Origin: Centroscyllium fabricii
Taxonomy: Eukaryota
Assembly (NCBI GenBank): GCA_051313645.2
Contig: JBNRSN020000358.1
Span: forward strand, 310,001 to 374,000
Direction: 5' to 3'
DNA: 64,000 nt
Below are positions 43,956-57,800 of the stretch, piece after piece (position 1 is the stretch's first letter; every line of letters starts with the position of its first letter). The notes beneath the pieces are model-generated. The model was not told where the DNA came from. It made no database searches and saw only the letters and a program-made list of their open reading frames with translations. Made by a program: the position numbers and the translations under genes.

Positions 43956-46880
43956 TTTCTCTCGCTCTTTTCCCTCGCTCTTTTCCCTCGCTCTTTTCTC
44001 TCGCTCTTTTCTCTCGCTCTTTTCTCTCACTCTTTTCTCTCACTCTTTTCTCTCGCTCTTTTCTCGCTCTTTTCTCTCGATCTTTTCTCTCGCTCTTTTC
44101 TCTAGCTCCACTCTCGCTCTTTTCTCTCGCTCTTTTCTCTCGCTCATTTCTCTCGCTCATTTTTCTCGCTCTTTTCTCTCGCTCTTTTCTCTCGCTCTTT
44201 TCTCTCGCTCTTTTCTCTCGCTCATTTCTCTCGCTCTTTCCTCTCGCTCTTTTCTCTCGCTCTTTTCTCTCGCTCTTTTCTCTCGCTCATTTCTCTCGCT
44301 CTTTTCTCTCGCTCTTTTCTCTCTCTTATCCCTCGCTCTTTTCTCTCGCTCTTTTCTCTCGCTCTTTTCTCTCGCTCTTTTCTCACGCTCTTTTCTCACG
44401 CTCTTTTCTCGCTCTTTTCTCTCGCTCTTTTCTCTCGCTCTTTTCTCTCGCTCCACTGTCGCTCTTTTCTCTCGCTGTTCTCGCTCTCTTTTCTCTCGCT
44501 CTTTAATCTCGCTCTTTTCCCTCGCTCTTTTCTCTCGCTCTTTTCCCTCGCTCTTTTCTCTCGCTCTTTTCTCTCGCTCTTTTCTCTCGCTCCACTGTCG
44601 CTCTTTTCTCTCGCTGTGCTCGCTCTCTTTTCTCTCGCTCTTTAATCTCGCTCTTTTCCCTCGCTCTTTTCTCTCGCTCTTTTCCCTCGCTCTTTTCTCT
44701 CGCTCTTTTCTCTCGCTCCACTCTCGCTCTTTTCTCTCGCTCCGCTCTCACTCTTTTTCTTTTCTCTCGTTGCTCCACCCTCTTTTCCCTCGCTCTTTTC
44801 TCGCTCTTTTCTCACGCTCTTTAATCTCGCTCTTTTATCTCGCTCTTTAATCTTACTCCGCTCTCGCTCTTTTCTCTCTTTTCTCTCGCTCTTTTCTCTC
44901 GCTCTTTTCTCTCGCTCTTTTCTCTCGCTCTTTTCTCTCGCACTTTTCTCTCTTTTCTCTCGCTCTTTTCTCTCTCTCTTTTCTCTCGCTCATTTTTCTC
45001 GCTCTTTACTCTCGCTCTTTTCTCTCTCTCTTTTCTCTCTCTCTTATCTCTCGCTCTTTTCTCTCGCTCTTTTCTCTCTCTTTTCTCTTTTCTCTCTCTC
45101 TTTTCTCTCTCTCTTTTCTCTCGCTCATTTTTCTCGCTCTTTCCTCTCGCTCTTTCCTCTCGCTCTTTTCTCCCGCTCTTTTCTCTCGCTCTTTTCTCTC
45201 GCTCTTTTCTCTCGCTCGTTTCTTTCGCTCTTTTCTCTCTCTCTTTGCTCTCTCTTTCCTCTCGCTCTTTTCTCTCGCTCTTTTCTCTCTCTCTTTCCTC
45301 TCGCTCTTTCCTCCGGCTCTTTTCTCTCGCTCTTTTCTCTCGCTCTTTTCTCTCGCTCTTTCTCACTCTTTTCTCTCGCTCTTTTCTCTCGCTCTTTTCT
45401 CTCGCTCTTTTCTCTCCCTTTTCTCTCGCTCTTTTCTCTCGCTCTTTTCTCTCGCTCTTTTCTCTCGCTCTTTCCTCTCGCTCTTTTCTCTCGCTCTTTT
45501 CTCTCTCTCTTTCCTCTCGCTCTTTTCTCTCGCTCTTTTCTCTCGCTCTTTCCTCTCGCTCTTTTCTCTCGCTCTTTTCTCTCTCTCTTTCCTCTCGCTC
45601 TTTTCTCTCGCTCTTTTCTCTCGCTCTTTCTCGCTCTTTTCTCTCGCTCTTTTCTCTCGCTCTTTTCTCTCGCTCCACTCTCGCTCTTTCCTCTCGCTCT
45701 TTAACCTCGCTCTTTTCTCTCGCACTTTTCTCTCGCTCTTTTCACTCGCTCTTTTCTCTCGCTCCACTCTCGCTCTTTTCTCTCGCTCTATTATCTCGCT
45801 CTTTTCTCTCGCCCTTTTCACTCGCTCTTTTCTCTCGCTCCACTCTCGCTCTTTTCTCTCGCTCTTTTCTCTCGCTCTTTTCTCTCGCTCTTTTCACTCG
45901 CTCTTTTCTCTCGCTCCACTCTCGCTCTTTTCTCTCGCTCTATTATCTCGCTCTTTTCTCTCGCTCTTTTCTCTCGCTCTTTTCTCTCGCTCTTTTCTCG
46001 TGCTCCACTCTCGCTCTTTTCTCTCGCTCTTCTCTCGCTCTTTTTCTTTTCTCTCGTTGCTCCACACTCCTTTCCCTCGCTCTTTTCTCTCGCTCTTTTC
46101 TCACGCTCTTTTCTCTCGCTCTTTTCCCTCGCTCTTTTCTCTCGCTCTTTTCTCTCGCTCTTTTCCCTCGCTCTTTTCTCTCGCTCTTTTCTCTCGCTCT
46201 TTTCTCTCGCTCCACTGTCGCTCTTTTCTCTCGCTGTTCTCGCTCTCTTTTCTCTCGCTCTTTAATCTCGCTCTTTTCCCTCGCTCTTTTCACTCGCTCT
46301 TTTCTCTCGCTCCACTCTCGCTCTTTTCTCTCGCTCTTTTCTCTCGCTCTTTTCCCTCGCGCTTTTCACTCGCTCTTTTCTCTCGCTCCACTCTCGCTCT
46401 TTTCTCTCGCTCTTTTCTCTCGCTCTTTTCTCTCGCTCTTTTCCCTCGCTCTTTTCCCTCGCTCTTTTCTCTCGCTCTTTTCTCTCGCTCTTTTCTCTCA
46501 CTCTTTTCTCTCACTCTTTTCTCTCGCTCTTTTCTCGCTCTTTTCTCTCGATCTTTTCTCTCGCTCTTTTCTCTAGCTCCACTCTCGCTCTTTTCTCTCG
46601 CTCTTTTCTCTCGCTCATTTCTCTCGCTCATTTTTCTCGCTCTTTTCTCTCGCTCTTTTCTCTCGCTCTTTTCTCTCGCTCTTTTCTCTCGCTCATTTCT
46701 CTCGCTCTTTCCTCTCGCTCTTTTCTCTCGCTCTTTTCTCTCGCTCATTTCTCTCGCTCTTTTCTCTCGCTCTTTTCTCTCTCTTATCCCTCGCTCTTTT
46801 CTCTCGCTCTTTTCTCTCGCTCTTTTCTCTCGCTCTTTTCTCACGCTCTTTTCTCTCGCTCCACTCTCACTCTTTTCTCT
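41950..46880. repeat. 2,471-bp tandem duplication within the satellite (junction ~44,420)
   Basis: Constant offset of 2471 for ORFs 42032/44503, 42774/45245, 43472/45943 and 43529/46000. The rare variant CTCGATCT occurs at ~44078 and ~46549. Confidence 0.88.
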
Positions 46881-49749
46881 CGCTCTTTAATCTCACTCTT
46901 TTCTCTCACTCTTTTCTCTCGCTCTTTTCTCTCGCTCTTTCCTCTCGCTCGTCTCTCTCGCTCTTTACACTCACTCTTTCCTCTCGCTCTTTTCTCTCGC
47001 TCTTTTCTCTCGCTCTTTCCTCTCGCTCTTTTCTCTCGCTCTTTTCTCTCGCTCTTTCCTCTCGCTCGTCTCTCTCGTTCTTTTCTCTCGCTCTTTTCTC
47101 TCGCTCTTTTCTCTCGCTCATTTCTCTCGCTCTTTCCTCTCGCTCTTTTCTCTCGCTCTTTTCTCTCGCTCTTTCCTCTCGCTCGTCTCTCTCGCTCTTT
47201 ACACTCACTCTTTCCTCTCGCTCTTTTCTCTCACTCTTTTCTCTCGCTCTTTTTTCTCTCTGCTCTCACTTTTCTCTCTCTCTTTTCTCTCGCTCTTTTC
47301 TCTCTCTCTTTCCTCTCGCTCTTTTCTCTCGCTCTTTTTTCTCTCTGCTCTCACTTTTCTCTCTCACTTTTCTCTCTCTCTTTTCTCTCGCTCTTTTTTC
47401 TCTCTGCTCTCACTTTTCTCTCGCTCTTTTCTCTCGCTCTTTTCTCTCGCTCTTTTCTCTCGCTCTTTTTTCTCTCTCTTTTCTCTCTTTTCTCGCTCTT
47501 TTCTCTCTCTCTTTTCTCTCGCTCTTTTCTCTCGCTCTTTTCTCTCGCTCTTTTCTCTCGCTTTTCTCTCTCTCTTTTCTCTCGCTCTTTTCTCTCGCTT
47601 TTCTCTCTCTTTTCTCTCGCTCTTTTCTCATGCTCCACTCTCTCTTTTCTCTCGCTCTTTTCGCTCGCTCTTTTCTCATGCTCCACTCTCTCTTTTCTCT
47701 CTCTCTTTTCTCTCGCTCTTTTCTCTCGCTCTTTTCTCTCGCTCGTTTCTTTCGCTCTTTTCTCTCGCTCTTTTCTCTCGCTCTTTTCTCTCGCTCTTTG
47801 CTCTCTCTTTCCTCTCGCTCTTTTCTCTCGCTCTTTTCTCTCTCTCTTTCCTCTCGCTCTTTTCTCCCGCTCTTTTCTCTCGCTCTTTTCTCTCGCTCTT
47901 TTCTCTCGCTCTTTTCTCTCGCTGTTTCTCACTCTTTTCTCTCGCTCTTTTCTCTTGCTCTTTTCTCTCGCTCCACTCTCGCTCTTTCCTGTCGCTCTTT
48001 TCTCTCTCTTTTCTCCCTCTCTTTTCTCTCGCTCTTTTCTCTCGCACTTTTCTCTCTTTTCTCTCTCTCTTTTCTCTCACTTTTTTCTCTCTCTCTTTTC
48101 TCTCGCTCTTTTCTCTCGCTCCACTCTCGCTCTTTTCTCTCGCTCTTTTCTCTCGCTCTATTATCTCGCTCTTTTCTCTCGCTCTTTTCTCTCGCCCTTT
48201 TCACTCGCTCTTTTCACTCGCTCTTTTCTCTCGCTCTTTTCTCTCGCTCTTTTCTCTCGCTCTTTTCTCGTGCTCCACTCTCGCTCTTTTCTCTCGCTCC
48301 GCTCTCGCTCTTTTTCTTTTCTCTCGTTGCTCCACACTCTTTTCCCTCGCTCTTTTCTCTCGCTCTTTTCTCTCACTCTTTTCTCTCGCTCTTTTCCCTC
48401 GCTCTTTTCTCTCACTCTTTTCTCTCGCTCTTTTCCCTCGCTCTTTTCTCTCGCTCTTTTCTCTCGCTCTTTTCCCTCGCTCTTTTCTCTCGCTCTTTTC
48501 TCTCGCTCTTTTCTCTCGCTCCACTGTCGCTCTTTTCTCTCGCTGTTCTCGCTCTCTTTTCTCTCGCTCTTTAATCTCGCTCTTTTCCCTCGCTCTTTTC
48601 TCTCGCTCTTTTCCCTCGCTCTTTTCTCTCGCTCTTTTCTCTCGCTCTTTTCTCTCGCTCCACTGTCGCTCTTTTCTCTCGCTGTGCTCGCTCTCTTTTC
48701 TCTCGCTCTTTAATCTCGCTCTTTTCCCTCGCTCTTTTCTCTCTCTTTTCCCTCGCTCTTTTCTCTCGCTCTTTTCTCTCGCTCCACTTTCGCTCTTTTC
48801 TCTCGCTCCGCTCTCGCTCTTTTTCTTTTCTCTCGTTGCCCCACCCTCTTTTCCCTCGCTCTTTTCTCGCTCTTTTCTCACGCTCTTTAATCTCGCTCTT
48901 TTATCTCGCTCTTTAATCTTACTCCGCTCTCGCTCTTTTCTCTCTTTTCTCTCGCTCTTTTCTCTGGCTCTTTTCTCTGGCTCTTTTCTCTCGCTCTTTT
49001 CTCTCGCTCTTTTCTCTCGCTCTTTTCTCTCGCACTTTTCTCTCTTTTCTCTCGCTCTTTTCTCTCTCTTTTCTCTCGCTCATTTTTCTCGCTCTTTTCT
49101 CTCTCTCTTTTCTCTCTCTTATCTCTCGCTCTTTTCTCTCGCTCTTTTCTCTCGCTCTTTTCTCTTTTCTCTCTCTCTTTTCTCTCTCTCTTTTCTCTCG
49201 CTCATTTTTCTCGCTCTTTTCTCTCGCTCTTTTCTCTCGCTCTTTTCTCTCTCTCTTTTCTCTCGCTCTTTTCTCTCGCTCTTTTCTCTCTCTCTTTCCT
49301 CTCGCTCTTTTCTCTCGCTCTTTTCTCTCGCACTTTTCTCTCTTTTCTCTCGCTCTTTTCTCTCTCTCTTTTCTCTCGCTCATTTTTCTCGCTCTTTACT
49401 CTCGCTCTTTTCTCTCTCTCTTTTCTCTCTCTCTTTTCTCTCTCTCTTATCTCTCGCTCTTTTCTCTCGCTCTTTTCTCTCTCTTTTCTCTTTTCTCTCG
49501 CTCTTTTCTCTCGCTCTTTTCTCTCGCTCTTTTCTCTCGCTCTTTTCTCTCTCTCTTTCCTCTCGCTCTTTTCTCTCGCTCTTTTCTCTCGCTCTTTTCT
49601 CTCGCTCTTTTCTCTCGCTCTTTCTCACTCTTTTCTCTCGCTCTTTTCTCTCGCTCTTTTCTCTCGCTCCACTCTCGCTCTTTCCTCTCGCTCTTTTCCC
49701 TCGCTCTTTTCTCTCGCTCCACTCTCGCTCTTTTCTCTCGCTCTATTAT

Positions 49750-52700
49750 CTCGCTCTTTTCACTCGCTCTTTTCTCTCGCTCTTTTCACTCGCTCTTTTC
49801 TCTCGCTCCACTCTCGCCCTTTTCTCTCGCTCTTTTCTCTCGCTCATTTTTCTCGCTCTTTTCTCTCTCTTATCCCTCGCTCTTTTCTCTCGCTCTTTTC
49901 TCTCGCTCTTTTCTCTCTCTTATCCCTCGCTCTTTTCTCTCGCTCTTTTCTCTCGCTCTTTTCTCTCGCTCTTTTCTCTCGCTCTTTTCTCACGCTCTTT
50001 TCTCTCGCTCTTTTCTCTCGCTCCACTCTCACTCTTTTCTCTCGCTCTTTAATCTCACTCTTTAATCTCACTCTTTTCTCTCGCTCTTTCCTCTCGCTCG
50101 TCTCTCTCGCTCTTTACACTCACTCTTTCCTCTCGCTCTTTTCTCTCGCTCTTTTCTCTCGCTCTTTCCTCTCGCTCGTCTCTCTCGCTCTTTACACTCG
50201 CTCTTTCCTCTCGCTCTTTTCTCTCGCTCTTTTCTCTCGCTCTTTCCTCTCGCTCTTTTCTCTCGCTCTTTTCTCTCGCTCTTTCCTCTCGCTCTTTCCT
50301 CTCTCTCTTTTCTCTCGCTCTTTTCTCTCGCTCTTTCCTCTCGCTCGTCTCTCTCGCTCTTTACACTCGCTCTTTCCTCTCGCTCTTTTCTCTCACTCTT
50401 TTCTCTCGCTCTTTCCTCTCGCTCTTTTCTCTCGCCCTTTTCTCTCGCTCTTTCCTCTCTCTCTTTTCTTTCGCTCTTTTCTCTCCCTGTTTTCTCTCGC
50501 TCTTTCCTCTCGCTCTTTTCTCTCGCTCCACTCTCGCTCTTTTCCCTCGCTCCGCTCTCGCTCTTTTTCTTTTCTCTTGCTCTTTCCTCTCGCTCGTCTC
50601 TCTCGCTCTTTTCTCTCGCTCTTTCCTCTCGCTCGTCTCTCTCGCTCTTTTCTCTCGCTCTTTCCTCTCGCTCTTTTCTCTCGCTCTTTCCTCTCGCTCT
50701 TTTCTCTCGCTCTTTCCTCTCGCTCTTTTCTCTCGCTCGTCTCTCTCGCTCTTTTCTCTCGCTCTTTCCTCTCGCTCTTTTCTCTCGCTCTTTTCTCTCG
50801 CTCTTTTCTCTCGCTCTTTTCTCTCGCTCTTTCCTCTCGCTCGTCTCTCTCGCTCTTTTCTCTCGCTCTTTTCTCTCGCTCTTTTCTCTCGCTCTTTTCT
50901 CTCGCTCTTTCCTCTCGCTCTTTTCTCTCGCTCTTTTCTCTCGCTCTTTTCTCTCGCTCTTTACACTCACTCTTTCCTCTCGCTCTTTTCTCTCGCTCTT
51001 TTTTCTCTCTGCTCTAACTTTTCTCTCGCTCTTTTCTCTCGCTCTTTTTTCTCTCTGCTCTAACTTTTCTCTCGCTCTTTTCTCTCGCTCTTTTTTCTCT
51101 CTCTTTTCTCTCTTTTCTCGCTCTTTTCTCTCGCTCTTTTCTCTCGCTCTTTTCTCGCGCTCTTTTCTCTCTCTCTTTTCTCTCTCTCTTTTCTCTCGCT
51201 CTTTTCTCTCGCTCTTTTCTCTCTCTCTTTTCTCTCGCACTTTTCTCTCTTTTCTCTCGCTCTTTTCTCTCGCTCTTTTCTCTCGCTCTTTTCTCTCGCA
51301 CTTTTCTCTCTTTTCTCTCGCTCTTTTCTCGCTCTTTTCTCTCGCTCTTTTCTCTCTCTCTTTTCTCTCTCTCTTTTCTCTCGCTCTTTTCTCTCGCTCT
51401 TTTCTCTCGCTCTTTTCTCTCTCTCTTTTCTCTCGCACTTTTCTCTCGCTCTTTTCTCTCGCTCTTTTCTCTCACTCTTTTCTCTCACTCTTTTCTCTCT
51501 CTTTTCTCTCACTCTTTTCTCTCACTCTTTTCTCTCACTCTTTTCTCTCTCTTTTCTCCCTCTCTTTTCTCTCGCTCTTTTCTCTCGCACTTTTCTCTCT
51601 TTTCTCGCTCTTTTCTCTCGCTCTTTTCTCCCGCTCTTTTCTCTCGCTCTTTTCTCTCGCTCTTTTCTCGCTCTTTTCTCTCGCTCTTTTCTCCCTCTCT
51701 TTTCTCTCGCTCTTTTCTCTAGCTCCACTCTCACTCTTTTCTCTCGCTCTTTTCTCTCGCTCTTTTCTCACGCTCTTTTCTCTCGCTCTTTCCTCTCGCT
51801 CTTTTCTCTCTCTTATCCCTCGCTCTTTACTCTCGCTCTTTTCTCTCGCTCTTTTCTCTTGCTCCACACTCTCTTTCCTCTCGCACTTTTCTCTCTCTTA
51901 TCCCTCGCTCTTTTCTCTCGCTCTTTCCTCTCGCTCTTTTCTCTCTCTTATCCCTCGCTCTTCCCTCTCGCTCTTTTCTCTCGCTCTTTTCTCTCGCTCT
52001 TTTCTCTCTCTCTTTTCTCTCGCTCTTTTCTCGCTCTTTTCTCTCGCTCTTTTCTCTCGCTTTTTTCTCTCTCTCTTTCCTCTCGCTCTTTTCTCTCGCT
52101 CTTTTCCCTCGCTCCGCTCTCGCTTTTTCTTTTCTCTCGCTCTTTTCTCTCGCTCCACTCTCGCCCTTTTCTGTCTCTCTTTTCTCTCGCTCTTTTCTCT
52201 CGCTCTTTTCTCTCGCTCTTTTCTCACGCTCTTTTCTCTCGCTCCACTCTCGCCCTTTTCTCTCTTTTCTCTCGCTCTTTTCTCTCGCTCATTTCTCTCG
52301 CTCATTTTTCTCGCTCTTTTCTCTCTCTTATCCCTCGCTCTTTTCTCTCGCTCTTTTCTCTCGCTCTTTTCTCTCGCTCTTTTCTCACGCTCTTTTCTCA
52401 CGCTCTTTTCTCTCGCTCTTTTCTCTCGCTCCACTCTCACTCTTTTCTCTCGCTCTTTAATCTCACTCTTTAATCTCACTCTTTTCTCTCGCTCCACTCT
52501 CACTCTTTTCTCTCGCTCTTTAATCTCACTCTTTAATCTCACTCTTTTCTCTCGCTCTTTCCTCTCGCTCGTCTCTCTCGCTCTTTACACTCACTCTTTC
52601 CTCTCGCTCTTTTCTCTCGCTCTTTTCTCTCGCTCTTTCCTCTCGCTCTTTTCTCTCGCTCTTTTCTCTCGCTCTTTCCTCTCGCTCGTCTCTCTCGCTC

Positions 52701-55700
52701 TTTCCTCTCGCTCTTTTCTCTCGCTCTTTTCTCTCGCTCTTTCGTCTCGCTCTTTTCTCTCGCTCTTTCCTCTCGCTCGTCTCTCTCGCTCTTTTTTCTC
52801 TCTGCTCTCACTTTTCTCTCGCTCGTCTCTCTCGCTCTTTTCTCTCGCTCTTTTCACTCACTCTTTTCTCTCGCTCTTTAATCTCACTCTTTAATCTCAC
52901 TCTTTTCTCTCGCTCTTTTCTCGCTCGTTCCTCTCGCTCGTCTCTCTCGCTCTTTCCTCTCGCTCTTTTCTCTCGCTCTTTTCTCTCGCTCTTTCCTCTC
53001 GCTCTTTTCTCTCGCTCTTTTCTCTCGCTCTTTCCTCTCGCTCGTCTCTCTCGCTCTTTTCTCTCGCTCTTTTCACTCGCTCTTTTCTCTCGCTCTTTTC
53101 TCTCGCTCTTTTCACTCACTCTTTCCTCTCGCTCTTTTCTCTCGCTCTTTTCTCTCGCTCTTTTCTCTCGCTCTTTTTTCTCTCTGCTCTCACTTTTCTC
53201 TCGCTCGTCTCTCTCGCTCTTTTCTCTCGCTCGTCTCTCTCGCTCTTTTCTCTCGCTCTTTTCTCTCGCTCTTTTCTCTCGCTCTTTTCTCTCGTTCTTT
53301 TCTCTCGCTCTTTTCTCTCGCTCTTTTCTCTCCCTTTTCTCTCGCTCTTTTCTCTCGCTCGTTTCTTTCGCTCTTTTCTCTCTCTCTTTTCTCTCGCTCT
53401 TTTCTCTCGCTCTTTGCTCTCTCTTTCCTCTCGCTCTTTTCTCTCGCTCTTTTCTCTCTCTCTTTCCTCTCGCTCTTTTCTCTCGCTCTTTTCTCTCGCT
53501 CTTTCTCGCTCTTTCCTCCCGCTCTTTAACCTCGCTCTTTTCTCTCGCTCTTTTCTCTCGCTCTTTTCACTCGCTCTTTTCTCTCGCTCCACTCTCGCTC
53601 TTTTCTCTCGCTCTATTATCTCGCTCTTTTCTCTCGCCCTTTTCACTCGCTCTTTTCTCTCGCTCCACTCTCGCTCTTTTCTCTCGCTCTTTTCTCTCGC
53701 TCTTTTCACTCGCTCTTTTCTCTCGCTCCACTCTCGCTCTTTTCTCTCGCTCTATTATCTCGCTCTTTTCTCTCGCTCTTTTCTCTCGCTCTTTTCTCTC
53801 GCTCTTTTCTCTCGCTCTTTTCTCTCGCTCTTTTCTCTCGCTCCACTCTCGCCCTTTTCTCTCGCTCTTTTCTCTCGCTCATTTTTCTCGCTCTTTTCTC
53901 TCTCTTATCCCTCGCTCTTTTCTCTCGCTCTTTTCTCTCGCTCTTTTCTCTCTCTTATCCCTCGCTCTTTTCTCTCGCTCTTTTCTCTCGCTCTTTTCTC
54001 TCGCTCTTTTCTCTTGCTCTTTTCTCACGCTCTTTTCTCTCGCTCTTTTCTCTCGCTCCACTCTCACTCTTTTCTCTCGCTCTTTAATCTCACTCTTTAA
54101 TCTCACTCTTTTCTCTCGCTCTTTCCTCTCGCTCGTCTCTCTCGCTCTTTACACTCACTCTTTCCTCTCGCTCTTTTCTCTCGCTCTTTTCTCTCGCTCT
54201 TTCCTCTCGCTCGTCTCTCTCGCTCTTTACACTCGCTCTTTCCTCTCGCTCTTTTCTCTCGCTCTTTTCTCTCGCTCTTTCCTCTCGCTCTTTTCTCTCG
54301 CTCTTTTCTCTCGCTCTTTCCTCTCGCTCTTTCCTCTCTCTCTTTTCTCTCGCTCTTTTCTCTCGCTCTTTCCTCTCGCTCGTCTCTCTCGCTCTTTACA
54401 CTCGCTCTTTCCTCTCGCTCTTTTCTCTCACTCTTTTCTCTCGCTCTTTCCTCTCGCTCTTTTCTCTCGCCCTTTTCTCTCGCTCTTTCCTCTCTCTCTT
54501 TTCTTTCGCTCTTTTCTCTCCCTGTTTTCTCTCGCTCTTTCCTCTCGCTCTTTTCTCTCGCTCCACTCTCGCTCTTTTCCCTCGCTCCGCTCTCGCTCTT
54601 TTTCTTTTCTCTTGCTCTTTCCTCTCGCTCGTCTCTCTCGCTCTTTTCTCTCGCTCTTTCCTCTCGCTCGTCTCTCTCGCTCTTTTCTCTCGCTCTTTCC
54701 TCTCGCTCTTTTCTCTCGCTCTTTCCTCTCGCTCTTTTCTCTCGCTCTTTCCTCTCGCTCTTTTCTCTCGCTCGTCTCTCTCGCTCTTTTCTCTCGCTCT
54801 TTCCTCTCGCTCTTTTCTCTCGCTCTTTTCTCTCGCTCTTTTCTCTCGCTCTTTCCTCTCGCTCGTCTCTCTCGCTCTTTTCTCTCGCTCTTTTCTCTCG
54901 CTCTTTTCTCTCGCTCTTTTCTCTCGCTCTTTCCTCTCGCTCTTTTCTCTCGCTCTTTTCTCTCGCTCTTTTCTCTCGCTCTTTACACTCACTCTTTCCT
55001 CTCGCTCTTTTCTCTCGCTCTTTTTTCTCTCTGCTCTAACTTTTCTCTCGCTCTTTTCTCTCGCTCTTTTTTCTCTCTGCTCTAACTTTTCTCTCGCTCT
55101 TTTCTCTCGCTCTTTTTTCTCTCTCTTTTCTCTCTTTTCTCGCTCTTTTCTCTCGCTCTTTTCTCTCGCTCTTTTCTCTCTCTCTTTTCTCTCGCTCTTT
55201 TCTCTCGCTCTTTTCTCTCGCACTTTTCTCTCTTTTCTCTCGCTCTTTTCTCTCGCTCTTTTCTCTCGCTCTTTTCTCTCTCTCTTTTCTCTCGCACTTT
55301 TCTCTCTTTTCTCTCGCTCTTTTCTCGCTCTTTTCTCTCGCTCTTTTCTCTCTCTCTTTTCTCTCTCTCTTTTCTCTCGCTCTTTTCTCTCGCTCTTTTC
55401 TCTCTCTCTTTTCTCTCGCACTTTTCTCTCTTTTCTCTCGCTCTTTTCTCTCGCTCTTTTCTCTCACTCTTTTCTCTCACTCTTTTCTCTCTCTTTTCTC
55501 TCACTCTTTTCTCTCACTCTTTTCTCTCACTCTTTTCTCTCTCTTTTCTCCCTCTCTTTTCTCTCGCTCTTTTCTCTCGCACTTTTCTCTCTTTTCTCGC
55601 TCTTTTCTCTCGCTCTTTTCTCCCGCTCTTTTCTCTCGCTCTTTTCTCTCGCTCTTTTCTCGCTCTTTTCTCTCGCTCTTTTCTCCCTCTCTTTTCTCTC

Positions 55701-57800
55701 GCTCTTTTCTCTCGCTCTTTTCTCTAGCTCCACTCTCACTCTTTTCTCTCGCTCTTTTCTCTCGCTCTTTTCTCACGCTCTTTTCTCTCGCTCTTTCCTC
55801 TCGCTCTTTTCTCTCTCTTATCCCTCGCTCTTTACTCTCGCTCTTTTCTCTCGCTCTTTTCTCTTGCTCCACACTCTCTTTCCTCTCGCACTTTTCTCTC
55901 TCTTATCCCTCGCTCTTTTCTCTCGCTCTTTCCTCTCGCTCTTTTCTCTCTCTTATCCCTCGCTCTTCCCTCTCGCTCTTTTCTCTCGCTCTTTTCTCTC
56001 GCTCTTTTCTCTCTCTCTTTTCTCTCGCTCTTTTCTCGCTCTTTTCTCTCGCTCTTTTCTCTCGCTTTTTTCTCTCTCTCTTTCCTCTCGCTCTTTTCTC
56101 TCGCTCTTTTCCCTCACTCCGCTCTCGCTTTTTCTTTTCTCTCGCTCTTTTCTCTCGCTCCACTCTCGCCCTTTTCTCTCTCTCTTTTCTCTCGCTCTTT
56201 TCTCTCGCTCTTTTCTCTCGCTCTTTTCTCACGCTCTTTTCTCTCGCTCCACTCTCGCCCTTTTCTCTCTTTTCTCTCGCTCTTTTCTCTCGCTCTTTTC
56301 TCACGCTCTTTTCTCTCGCTCTTTTCTCTCGCTCATTTCTCTCGCTCATTTTTCTCGCTCTTTTCTCTCTCTTATCCCTCGCTCTTTTCTCTCGCTCTTT
56401 TCTCTCGCTCTTTTCTCACGCTCTTTTCTCACGCTCTTTTCTCTCGCTCTTTTCTCTCGCTCCACTCTCACTCTTTTCTCTCGCTCTTTAATCTCACTCT
56501 TTAATCTCACTCTTTTCTCTCGCTCCACTCTCACTCTTTTCTCTCGCTCTTTAATCTCACTCTTTAATCTCACTCTTTTCTCTCGCTCTTTCCTCTCGCT
56601 CGTCTCTCTCGCTCTTTACACTCACTCTTTCCTCTCGCTCTTTTCTCTCGCTCTTTTCTCTCGCTCTTTCCTCTCGCTCTTTTCTCTCGCTCTTTTCTCT
56701 CGCTCTTTCCTCTCGCTCGTCTCTCTCGCTCTTTCCTCTCGCTCTTTTCTCTCGCTCTTTTCTCTCGCTCTTTCGTCTCGCTCTTTTCTCTCGCTCTTTT
56801 CTCTCGCTCTTTCCTCTCGCTCGTCTCTCTCGCTCTTTTTTCTCTCTGCTCTCACTTTTCTCTCGCTCGTCTCTCTCGCTCTTTTCTCTCGCTCTTTTCA
56901 CTCACTCTTTTCTCTCGCTCTTTAATCTCACTCTTTAATCTCACTCTTTTCTCTCGCTCTTTTCTCTCGCTCGTTCCTCTCGCTCGTCTCTCTCGCTCTT
57001 TCCTCTCGCTCTTTTCTCTCGCTCTTTTCTCTCGCTCTTTCCTCTCGCTCTTTTCTCTCGCTCTTTTCTCTCGCTCTTTCCTCTCGCTCGTCTCTCTCGC
57101 TCTTTTCTCTCGCTCTTTTCACTCGCTCTTTTCTCTCGCTCTTTTCTCTCGCTCTTTTCACTCACTCTTTCCTCTCGCTCTTTTCTCTCGCTCTTTTCTC
57201 TCGCTCTTTTCTCTCGCTCTTTTTTCTCTCTGCTCTCACTTTTCTCTCGCTCGTCTCTCTCGCTCTTTTCTCTCGCTCGTCTCTCTCGCTCTTTTCTCTC
57301 GCTCTTTTCTCTCGCTCTTTTCTCTCGCTCTTTTCTCTCGTTCTTTTCTCTCGCTCTTTTCTCTCGCTCTTTTCTCTCCCTTTTCTCTCGCTCTTTTCTC
57401 TCGCTCGTTTCTTTCGCTCTTTTCTCTCTCTCTTTTCTCTCGCTCTTTTCTCTCGCTCTTTGCTCTCTCTTTCCTCTCGCTCTTTTCTCTCGCTCTTTTC
57501 TCTCTCTCTTTCCTCTCGCTCTTTTCTCTCGCTCTTTTCTCTCGCTCTTTCTCGCTCTTTCCTCCCGCTCTTTAACCTCGCTCTTTTCTCTCGCTCTTTT
57601 CTCTCGCTCTTTTCTCTCGCTCCACTCTCGCTCTTTTCTCTCGCTCTATTATCTCGCTCTTTTCTCTCGCCCTTTTCACTCGCTCTTTTCTCTCGCTCCA
57701 CTCTCGCTCTTTTCTCTCGCTCTTTTCTCTCGCTCTTTTCACTCGCTCTTTTCTCTCGCTCCACTCTCGCTCTTTTCTCTCGCTCTATTATCTCGCTCTT
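49750..57800. repeat. ~4.03-kb tandem duplication within the satellite (junction ~53,790)
   Basis: ORF pairs 49844/53879, 50577/54612, 51859/55864, 53414/57460. Rare variants CCCTGTTTT (~50485/54520) and TCGTTCCT (~52925/56971). Confidence 0.85.
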
